Shown: positions 56,861-64,000 of the stretch, in pieces
Layout of the letters: every line of letters begins with the position of its first letter
Position numbering within the stretch: the first letter of the stretch is position 1
Source: Candidatus Magasanikbacteria bacterium RIFOXYB2_FULL_38_10
Lineage (GTDB): Bacteria; Patescibacteriota; Patescibacteriia; Magasanikbacterales; UBA10003
Length of the DNA stretch: 64,000 nucleotides
Assembly (NCBI GenBank): GCA_001783145.1
Contig: MFQT01000016.1
Span: 3,796 to 67,795, forward strand
Direction: 5' to 3'
Translations under genes and position numbers: made by a program
Notes under the pieces: generated by a model
The model's database searches: none
Told to the model about the DNA's origin: nothing
What the model saw: the letters and a program-made list of their open reading frames with translations, nothing else

Positions 56861-58150
56861 TTACAGATTAATCTTTTTACCTTCTAACTCTTCTATTTTC
56901 TTTTTCAATTCAATCATTTTTAACTCCCTACCTGATAAAATTTTATTAAGTCTTTCCACTTCCTCTAACTCTTGTTCCAAATTTTCCCTGGTTCTTTTCA
57001 AATCTTTTGTCCTATCTTCTACTTTTTGCTCCAAATTTTCATATGATTCTTTTAATTTAACTACCATCTCATTAAAAACTTTAATCAAAAAACCCATTTC
57101 ATCTTTTCTATTATAGCGGCTAGCAACAAAAATCACTTCATCAAAATCGCTCTGTGATAATTTTTGGGCTACGCGCGATAAATACAAAAGAGGATTGATC
57201 AACCAACGAGAAAATAACAAAGAAATTATTAAAACCGAAATTTCGGTAATAATAAAAATAATTAAAAAATAATTAAAAAGTTGCTTGAGCGGTTGATAAG
57301 CCTCATCTCTATTAATTTTTACCACCAAACCCCAATCTGCTCTAAGCGCATATCTGGTAGCCGCTATTACAGGAGTTCCTTTATAGTCAACAATATTATT
57401 TTCAACCAACAGAGTCTCGTGTCCGTTAGTTGCCGGTACGATGGGGACATTAATTTTATCTTTCGTGACAATACGAGTTAAAGAAGCATTAGGATCAAAA
57501 CGCGTAGGGGTAACAAAAAGCGCATCACCCTCTTTATTTTTTTGGGCTATCAGCATTTCGCCGGTTTCTCCTAAGCCAATAAAATCACTGGTGATTTTAA
57601 GCACTGGATCAAAAAAATTTATAACGGCAATAAAACCAATATTTTGATTATCTAAAATCAAAGGCGCAGTAAAAAGAAAACGAGGAATATTATCTACATC
57701 TTTAAAAATACCCTGGTATTTTTCTTTTTCTTGCGGACTTTGAAGCAGAGGCCACAGAGCCTTGTTCTTCTCTATCTCAGAATCGGTAGAGACAACTAAC
57801 CTATTTTCTTTGTCAAAGACAGAGATTGATTGAATTTCAGAAACGACCAAAGAAGCATCTCTAATAATTTCGTAAATTTTGTTCAAATTTTGCTGATCTT
57901 TATTTTTAGAATAATCTTGGAGATTAGTTTTTAAACTGGTGCGGGAACTGGTTAATTTTAAAATGTTAAAGTAAGAATTTAAAACCTCATTTATTTCTTG
58001 TTTTTTGGAATTGGCTAAAGAAATTAATTGTCCATTAACTTGATTGGAGATGGTGTCACGCATTTGCCAATAAAATAACGCGGTGATAACAATGAGAGGT
58101 ACGATGGTAATACCCACTAATAATAAAATAAGTTTGGTAAAAAATTTCAT
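56861..58150 (-). CDS. membrane sensor-domain protein (Cache-like periplasmic domain + HAMP + coiled coil) lacking a catalytic output domain
   Basis: TM1, then a periplasmic domain of about 250 aa, then TM2 (LIIFIITEISVLIISLLF) and a HAMP-like region, ending in a heptad coiled coil (LKESYENLEQKVEDRTKDLKRTRENLEQELEEVERL...). There is no HisKA/HATPase or MCP signalling domain. Confidence 0.5.
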   Translation of the reverse strand: MKFFTKLILLLVGITIVPLIVITALFYWQMRDTISNQVNGQLISLANSKKQEINEVLNSYFNILKLTSSRTSLKTNLQDYSKNKDQQNLNKIYEIIRDASLVVSEIQSISVFDKENRLVVSTDSEIEKNKALWPLLQSPQEKEKYQGIFKDVDNIPRFLFTAPLILDNQNIGFIAVINFFDPVLKITSDFIGLGETGEMLIAQKNKEGDALFVTPTRFDPNASLTRIVTKDKINVPIVPATNGHETLLVENNIVDYKGTPVIAATRYALRADWGLVVKINRDEAYQPLKQLFNYFLIIFIITEISVLIISLLFSRWLINPLLYLSRVAQKLSQSDFDEVIFVASRYNRKDEMGFLIKVFNEMVVKLKESYENLEQKVEDRTKDLKRTRENLEQELEEVERLNKILSGRELKMIELKKKIEELEGKKINL

Positions 58151-58264
58151 AGTTTCTTGAGCGAAATTATAAAATTCGCTGATAAAAAAATAATAAAGGC
58201 ACTTTTATTATACCAATCCAATTTGGAAAAACAAAAAATCCCCTGCACAATGCAGAGGTTTTTT

Positions 58265-58340
58265 TGGTTGCGGGACCCGGACTCGAACCGGGAACCTTCG
58301 GGTTATGGGCCCGACGAGCTACCAATTGCTCTATCCCGCG
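58265..58340 (-). tRNA. initiator tRNA-fMet (anticodon CAT), encoded CCA
   Basis: C1:A72 mismatch at the acceptor end, three G:C pairs at the base of the anticodon stem (TCGGG/CCCGA) and loop CCCATAA. These are the hallmarks of bacterial initiator tRNA. Confidence 0.85.
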
Positions 58341-58483
58341 TCATTAACTTAAACTAAATTATAAAGGTTTTTTTATCTTTTGTCAAATCCCTGTACTGTA
58401 ATATAAAGTGAGCCAAATGAGGCATGAGTTAAACGGATCTTAATAAAAGAAAAAAACGCTATTTTTCAATAGTGCTTTTTTCT

Positions 58484-58558
58484 TGGAGCGGGTAACGGGA
58501 GTCGGACCCGTATCTCGTCCTTGGCAAGGACGCATAATAGCCGCTATACTATACCCGC
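58484..58558 (-). tRNA. tRNA-Gly (anticodon GCC), encoded CCA
   Basis: Acceptor GCGGGTA/TACCCGC, anticodon stem CGTCC/GGACG with loop TTGCCAA, T-arm ACGGG-TCCGACT-CCCGT. Confidence 0.8.
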
Positions 58559-58608
58559 GAAGTGAGGAATAAGGCGGCCAAGCTTGCTTGGACATCTTTT
58601 CCGAACGA

Positions 58609-58707
58609 GTGGGTATACGAAAGTATACCCACGAAATGAGGGGCAAAATGAATAAATTTTTTTATTCATTTTCTCCGAATGAGCGGATATATGGAACATA
58701 TATCCGC
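58609..58707. other. structured intergenic segment with three strong hairpins
   Basis: GTGGGTATAC-GAAA-GTATACCCAC (10-bp perfect stem with GNRA loop, 58609..58632). GAATAAA-TTTTT-TTTATTC (58651..58669). GCGGATATAT-GGAAC-ATATATCCGC (10-bp perfect stem, 58683..58707). Confidence 0.6.
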
Positions 58708-58748
58708 AAAATATTACTCCTACAATATACTCTTATTCTAAACGGAGG

Positions 58749-59936
58749 TCAAGGGGCTATGCCAGCGGCTTTCTTCCTCATCCCCTCCCACAGCAAAAAC
58801 AGCAAAATCAAAAAACCCACTAAAGAACCTGCAGAAGAAAAAGCAAAAGCATAGGCCGGGGAAGCATTATCCCAAATTTTACCAAGAAAAAATCCGCCCG
58901 CAATTACGGCCAACCCTACAAAAGTATTAAAAATGGCATAAGCGCTACCTCGCGCTTCGACCGTGACTAAATCAGCTATAATGGCGCGAGCAGAACCTTC
59001 TGTTAAGGCATAAAATAAACCATAGAAAGCAAAAAGGATCAAAGCTACACCGATGGTTGAATCAAAGATAAACCCCAATTCCACTAAGGATAACACCAGC
59101 CAGCCCAACATTATAAAAGGCATTTTACCAAACCGATCACTTAAAATTCCAACCGGATAAGAAAGAACGGCGTAAATCAAAGTGAAACCGGCAAAGAGCA
59201 CGGGAATCCACCGCGCTGTAATGCCCAGATCCTGCGCCCTAATCAAAAACAGAGAATCATTAATTTTGGTAAGCATAGCCAAAGTCATACCTAACACAAA
59301 CACCCAAAACTGCCAGGGAAAAGACTGGTTTGTTTTCACCACCGTGGCCATCTTATTTTCCGGTTCTTTAATACCAAAAAAAATTAAAGACAAAGCGATC
59401 AGACCGGGAATAACGGCCAAAGCAAAAATTAAACGATAAGAATGTAAAGAAGGCGTGAGAGCAAACAAGATTGCCGCCGCTAAAAGCGGACCTAAAACTG
59501 AACCGGCCGTATCTACCAAGCGATGAAAACCAAAAGCCCTGCCCCGATATTCAACGGCCGCAGAATCGGCCACCAAGGCGTCGCGAGGCGAGTCCTTCAT
59601 ACCTTTGCCGACCCCATCAACCGAACGCAAAATGGCTATGCCGGCAAAAGAATTAGTCAAAGCTAAAATTGGCCTGGCCACGGACGAAAAAGTATAACCT
59701 AAAAAAATGAAAAATTTGCGATTGCGAAATCTGTCGGATAAAATTCCGGAAACAAATCTAAACAAACTGGTAAAACCTTGAAGCAAACCATCTATTACAC
59801 CCACACCGGCATGGCCAATTCCCAAAGTCAAAAGATAGGCGGGCAGAACAGGCGTAATCAAATCTTGACCTAACCCGGAAAAAAGGGCCACAAAAGCTAC
59901 AATTAAAACATTGCGTGAAATTTTAGGCTTGGACAT
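58749..59936 (-). CDS. MFS transporter
   Basis: 12-TM profile with the MFS loop 2-3 motif (GILSDRFRNRK). Confidence 0.75.
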   Translation of the reverse strand: MSKPKISRNVLIVAFVALFSGLGQDLITPVLPAYLLTLGIGHAGVGVIDGLLQGFTSLFRFVSGILSDRFRNRKFFIFLGYTFSSVARPILALTNSFAGIAILRSVDGVGKGMKDSPRDALVADSAAVEYRGRAFGFHRLVDTAGSVLGPLLAAAILFALTPSLHSYRLIFALAVIPGLIALSLIFFGIKEPENKMATVVKTNQSFPWQFWVFVLGMTLAMLTKINDSLFLIRAQDLGITARWIPVLFAGFTLIYAVLSYPVGILSDRFGKMPFIMLGWLVLSLVELGFIFDSTIGVALILFAFYGLFYALTEGSARAIIADLVTVEARGSAYAIFNTFVGLAVIAGGFFLGKIWDNASPAYAFAFSSAGSLVGFLILLFLLWEGMRKKAAGIAP

Positions 59937-60004
59937 AAAAAAATCTTGGGAGTAATAGCCTTAAAATAATATTAAAAGAAGAATCTTTTATATTATACCA
60001 AATT

Positions 60005-63000
60005 TTAAACTTTATCTCTTTTTTTCCAAAAAGCTATTTTACCAATAAAACCAAAAGCTATTGCCTTAGCTATGGCCCCGCGACCCTTGGCCAATAAAGC
60101 CAGCAACAAACTAGTCACTCCACCAGCCGTAGCGGTTAAATATTTTTCCGTCACATCAGCAGTAGTCCCATTGTCTATTGGCTTGCCTACATCTAAAATG
60201 TTGACATCTTCTGCTCCACGGGGCCAAAGAACCCAGGTATCTTTGCTTTTACCAATAATTCCTGTCACTTTTACTTTGTCCCCCACGCTAGCCACTTTGC
60301 CTTTTAGTCCGGTTCTACTTTTTAATTGCACTTGAATTTCCCCCATCTCATCGCCCAAATAAAAATAACCGCTACCCGTTTCTAAAACTTCACCTTCCAT
60401 TTGCACCAAAGAAAAAAATTTATCATCATCAATGTCTCCGGTGTTTACTGCCAATGGTTCTTTTAAATTATCAATAGATAAAATATCAATATCCTTTTTT
60501 TCTTTAATTTTTACGCGGACAGTGCCTAAATATGTTCCCAATTCACCAGTCACTTCTACCTCATCGCCAATTTTAATTGGGGGAAAATCTCTGCTGTTCA
60601 TATACACAGGTAAGCCCGCGCCGCTTAAAGGATCTACAATAAAAAACATTTGGGTACTAAAATTTCCCGGCGGAACCTTTACCACACCTTTGGTTTTTAC
60701 CATAGTTAAAGGTGCCAAGGCAGAAATTTTATCTAAAGAAGCAACAACTAAACTTTTTATTTTTTTAGCCGCGGAATTAACAGAATTTTTAGAAGAAACC
60801 ACGGCTATATTTTCTTCTTCATCGGTTTCCACATAAATTTTAAGCGCTTGTTTAACTTCGCCGCCTTGATTATCTTTAACCACTAAAGAAATCTTTTTAT
60901 TTCCTTTTGTTTGATAAATATGATTAACAATTTCTCCTTCCCCATTTGTCCCGTCGCCAAAATCCCAAAAAAAGCCAAGCGGATTATTATCCGGGTCAAA
61001 AGAATCCGAAGCGTCAAAAACAATTTCCTCGCCGGTTAAAACAACACTGGGTAAAGAAACCGCCACCAAAGGCAAAGAGTTGGGTGGAACCATTATGTTT
61101 TCTCGGCCCGGCGTCACGGCCACTGTCCAATCCCAAAGAGAACTTGTAGTCCCAGCTCTAGCCCAAGAAACACCATCCAAAGCGGTATCTTCAAATGTTG
61201 CCCTATCTAACAAACGATTGTCCGAATCGTAAAGTTCTAAATTTTCCGCATTATTTTTTAAAATTAAGTTGCTCTCTTTTCTTTTAACCACTAAAAATTC
61301 CCCTAGCCCAATAAAAGTGGAGGAAGCAAATTTGTATTTACGCCGGCTGGAATTGAGAAGATAAAAATTTTGCAGATTTATTTTCTCCGTGCCAATATTT
61401 TTTAATTCTATAAACTCCCCTTCTTGATCTGATCCTTTGGGATTGGGAAAAATTTCGTTGATGATGATACAGCTAGAAATGGGCGGGGTATTATTATTTA
61501 CGCTAGAATTATCAGCAGAATAATCTTCCGCTAAAAAAACATTGAAATTTCCCAATGTAGGAGTAGCGCAAACCGCCCAACTTTCTTTATTGACGCCAGA
61601 CTCAAAATTTTTTCTTCCCGCACTTTTGCTATCGTAAGGCGCCGAGGCATTGTCGGAGATGTTGCCGTCGTTCCAATTACCATAAGCAACTCTATCCACC
61701 AGGCGGCCAAAAGCATCATACAAAAAAATCACATCGCCGGAATTATTTAAATTTCCCTTGGGGCTATAAACCACGAAATAACCGTGTGGTTTAATTGTGC
61801 CTTGTAAAAAAGTTTGTTCCTCCGAACCCTCCTCCAGCCGCCAATTATTTAAATTGATCTCTTCGGCGGAATTGTTGTACAACTCCAGCCATTCTTTTTC
61901 GCCGCTATTGGGATCAGCAACAAATTCATTGATGAAAATTTTTCCGTAAGAAGCAGCAAGTAGATTGGCACTGCCACCGGAACTGGCCGCTGAGGACGAA
62001 TTTTCCATTTGTTCTGGAAGTAGAGTAATAACATTGGATTGGCTTTTAGTTGGCGTCAAAGTAAGAGCAAAATCTGATTTATCAAAATCAGTATCACTGC
62101 CATCACTTGAACGCGCCAAGGATTCACCGATCGATGGCGCAGGGGCATTGTCCATTAAATTATCATCATCAAAATTTCCATAAGATATTTGGTCAATAAT
62201 TTCTCCAACACTATTTTTTAAAATCACAATATCACCACTATTATTAAAACGACTAGAAAATTCTAAAACTAAAAATCCACCGGAAATAATTTCACCCCCC
62301 AAAGTAGTAGTAGAAGAATTATCTTGCAAAGTCCAACCAGCCAAATTGGCAGTAGAAGTAGCAGGGTTAAAAAACTCCACCCATTCTTTTTCCGCAGAAG
62401 TGGCGGTGACAGGATAAATCTCATTGATTTTAATGTGATAATTTGATCCGGTGGAAGTGGAAATACTTTCTAGCGGTGCTGGTGGCGTGATCAGGGCTTC
62501 ACTTTTTACTGCGCCAGGAGTACCACCCACCACATAACTTTCCTGCCAATTATCTGCTGTGCCAAAACCGGTTTCGTCTTTTTTCTCCAGAGTTTTGCTA
62601 TTTCCGGAAGCACCCCAACTGTTAGAATAATTCACCTCTGACCACAATGGCCCATCTGAACCAACTCTCAAGGCCACAGTGCCAGAGGCATTGCTTAAAC
62701 TAAAAGAAGATTTTAAAATTTTTCCCCAATAATTTGGATAATTAGAGGCAAAAGTGGCTTCATCTTGTACCACGGCACAATATTCTCCTGCTTCCAAAAT
62801 AGTGCTGGTGGAAAAAGTATGATTAGACCCGTCAAACAAACGCCAAGCGATGGCGCTTGAGCCGCCCACAATTTCTAAAGGTGAGGCGCCGGAATTTTTA
62901 ATTTCCACCCACTCATTTTTGGTATCCGAACCGCTGGGGTCACACATTATCTCTGTAATCTGCAAGTCGCTTTCGGCCGCCCAAATTCGTGAGGCAAAAA

Positions 63001-63061
63001 TAAAAAAACCACCGATTAAAAAAACGCTGGTTATTAAAAAACAAATTTTCCCCCTTGTCAT
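60005..63061 (-). CDS. large secreted, C-terminally anchored protein with three lamin-tail (LTD) domains and a PKD domain
   Basis: Signal peptide. Three LTD repeats (ITEIMCDP...EWVEIKNSG...; INEIYPV...EWVEFFNPA...GWTL; INEFVADP...EWLELYNNS...NWRL). A PKD-like block (GFFWDFGDGTNGEGEIVNHIYQTKGNKKISLVVKDNQGG). A C-terminal hydrophobic anchor plus KKRDKV. Confidence 0.65.
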   Translation of the reverse strand: MTRGKICFLITSVFLIGGFFIFASRIWAAESDLQITEIMCDPSGSDTKNEWVEIKNSGASPLEIVGGSSAIAWRLFDGSNHTFSTSTILEAGEYCAVVQDEATFASNYPNYWGKILKSSFSLSNASGTVALRVGSDGPLWSEVNYSNSWGASGNSKTLEKKDETGFGTADNWQESYVVGGTPGAVKSEALITPPAPLESISTSTGSNYHIKINEIYPVTATSAEKEWVEFFNPATSTANLAGWTLQDNSSTTTLGGEIISGGFLVLEFSSRFNNSGDIVILKNSVGEIIDQISYGNFDDDNLMDNAPAPSIGESLARSSDGSDTDFDKSDFALTLTPTKSQSNVITLLPEQMENSSSAASSGGSANLLAASYGKIFINEFVADPNSGEKEWLELYNNSAEEINLNNWRLEEGSEEQTFLQGTIKPHGYFVVYSPKGNLNNSGDVIFLYDAFGRLVDRVAYGNWNDGNISDNASAPYDSKSAGRKNFESGVNKESWAVCATPTLGNFNVFLAEDYSADNSSVNNNTPPISSCIIINEIFPNPKGSDQEGEFIELKNIGTEKINLQNFYLLNSSRRKYKFASSTFIGLGEFLVVKRKESNLILKNNAENLELYDSDNRLLDRATFEDTALDGVSWARAGTTSSLWDWTVAVTPGRENIMVPPNSLPLVAVSLPSVVLTGEEIVFDASDSFDPDNNPLGFFWDFGDGTNGEGEIVNHIYQTKGNKKISLVVKDNQGGEVKQALKIYVETDEEENIAVVSSKNSVNSAAKKIKSLVVASLDKISALAPLTMVKTKGVVKVPPGNFSTQMFFIVDPLSGAGLPVYMNSRDFPPIKIGDEVEVTGELGTYLGTVRVKIKEKKDIDILSIDNLKEPLAVNTGDIDDDKFFSLVQMEGEVLETGSGYFYLGDEMGEIQVQLKSRTGLKGKVASVGDKVKVTGIIGKSKDTWVLWPRGAEDVNILDVGKPIDNGTTADVTEKYLTATAGGVTSLLLALLAKGRGAIAKAIAFGFIGKIAFWKKRDKV

Positions 63062-63107
63062 AAATTTTATAAATTATTTTTTCTTATTATAAAAATAAGA
63101 CAACGTC

Positions 63108-63137
63108 TTGTCAAATTGGTATTTTTTGGTAGAATAA
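63108..63137 (+). promoter_or_regulatory. promoter-like element upstream of tRNA-Leu
   Basis: TTGTCA, 16-nt spacer, TAGAAT, about 8 nt before the tRNA 5' end. Confidence 0.4.
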
Positions 63138-63145
63138 GAACAATT

Positions 63146-63231
63146 GCCGGAGTGGCGAAATGGCAGACGCACCAGCTTTAGGAGCTGACGCCCGCAAGGG
63201 CATGAGGGTTCAAGTCCCTCCTCCGGCACCA
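63146..63231 (+). tRNA. tRNA-Leu (anticodon TAG), type II, encoded CCA
   Basis: Acceptor GCCGGAG/CTCCGGC, anticodon loop TTTAGGA, long variable arm, T-arm GAGGG-TTCAAGT-CCCTC, discriminator A then CCA. Confidence 0.8.
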
Positions 63232-63274
63232 AAATAACTTTATGTTGCACCAACTTGTAGCCAAAATACGGCAA

Positions 63275-64000
63275 ATGAGGAAATTCCAAAACCAGCGCGA
63301 AACTCTAATCACCATAGAAATTAGCCGGGATGCCCTGCTTAACAATTTACACAACTTGCAAAAATTAGCTCCGCATTGGCAATTAGCTCCGGTTTTAAAA
63401 AGCAATGCTTACGGACACGGCAGCAATTTAATTGCTGACATTTTAAAAAAGGAAGATCATCTGCCTTTTTTTTGTATTGATTCTTATTTTGAAGCAGAAC
63501 AGTTAAAACATCACAGCTTAAACAAACCACTTTTAATTTTGGGCTACACTCCTACAACACTAATAGTTAAAAACAAATTAAAAAATTTGCAATTTGTCGT
63601 GGGATCTTTGGAGCAATTAAAAATTTTAGTGGACAAAAAAATTAAACAAACTATTCAGATTAAATTTGATACAGGCATGCATCGCCAAGGCATTCCCTAT
63701 AATTTTCTGATTGAAGTTTTGGAAATCCTTCAAAAAAATACTACTCTAAAAATTAGCGGCGTTTTATCGCACCTCTCTGATGCGGAAAATTCCAATTCGG
63801 AAATAACCAAAAAACAAATCACTAATTGGAATGAGCTGGCCAAAAAAATGCAAGAAATTTTTCCCACCATCAAATATTATCATTTAACTAATTCTGCTGG
63901 TTTGGCTTTTTCTCAAAATATTGTTGCCAATGTAGGCCGTAGCGGTTTAGCGCTTTACGGAATCAACCCAGGAAATCTGCCCATCAATTTACATCCGATT
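63275..64000 (+). CDS. alr: alanine racemase (N-terminal part; 3' end beyond window)
   Basis: The frame is open from the ATG at 63275 to the window end. The PLP-Lys motif APVLKSNAYGHG is characteristic of Alr. It is absent from the ORF table only because no stop codon lies within the window. Confidence 0.75.
   Translation, partial: MRKFQNQRETLITIEISRDALLNNLHNLQKLAPHWQLAPVLKSNAYGHGSNLIADILKKEDHLPFFCIDSYFEAEQLKHHSLNKPLLILGYTPTTLIVKNKLKNLQFVVGSLEQLKILVDKKIKQTIQIKFDTGMHRQGIPYNFLIEVLEILQKNTTLKISGVLSHLSDAENSNSEITKKQITNWNELAKKMQEIFPTIKYYHLTNSAGLAFSQNIVANVGRSGLALYGINPGNLPINLHPI

Noticed and set aside
58157-58646. ORFs 58157..58357 (+) and 58440..58646 (-).
   Set aside because: They overlap the initiator tRNA-fMet and tRNA-Gly genes and the hairpin cluster, so they are artefacts of structured RNA sequence.

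Overview
The window is a low-GC (about 30-35%), tightly packed chromosomal segment whose gene content resembles a Candidate Phyla Radiation (Patescibacteria)-type bacterium. All calls are by-eye motif and structure parsing; no searches or folding were run.

Core genes: thyX-tmk, gatB, a uvrB / uvrA / uvrC cluster, miaA-miaB, ftsH, rpsA, gyrA, xerC/D, prs, galU, metK and a partial alr at the window end. There are seven tRNA genes: Arg-TCT, His-GTG, Ser-CGA, initiator fMet-CAT, Gly-GCC and Leu-TAG, the last five with encoded CCA.

The most striking accessory content is a roughly 10.5 kb minus-strand operon (39373..49913). It runs from type IV prepilin-like proteins and a PilX-like protein through galU and an orphan solute-binding lipoprotein into a tandem array of nine paralogous small membrane proteins. 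These share a conserved C-terminal two-helix hairpin of TrbC/VirB2-like pilin type and have hypervariable, partly Cys-rich ectodomains. One of the nine carries a 13-nt poly-G tract at its 3' end, a candidate slipped-strand phase-variation switch. A PilB/GspE ATPase lies upstream at 19310..20992. Two large GT-C-like integral membrane glycosyltransferases and a Dpm1-like GT2 sit convergent to the array.

Other notable loci: (i) a GC-rich island of about 2 kb (about 55% GC) inserted exactly between uvrB and uvrA, with its own consensus divergent promoters, an HD-domain protein, a 72-aa secreted Cys-containing peptide preceded by a 14-bp-stem leader hairpin, and a 127-aa protein; (ii) a PP-loop ATPase plus two tandem Ddl-like ATP-grasp ligases, bracketed by tRNA-Arg and tRNA-His next to the tyrosine recombinase; (iii) a MerR-HTH::GHKL-ATPase fusion with a STAS-like partner and three phased AAAACCTATAAA repeats beside tRNA-Ser; (iv) a GC-elevated 721-aa protein combining an MBL-fold hydrolase with two cNMP-binding domains; (v) a tandem-duplicated long ThyX with a degenerate N-terminal half; (vi) a bacterial SET-domain protein.
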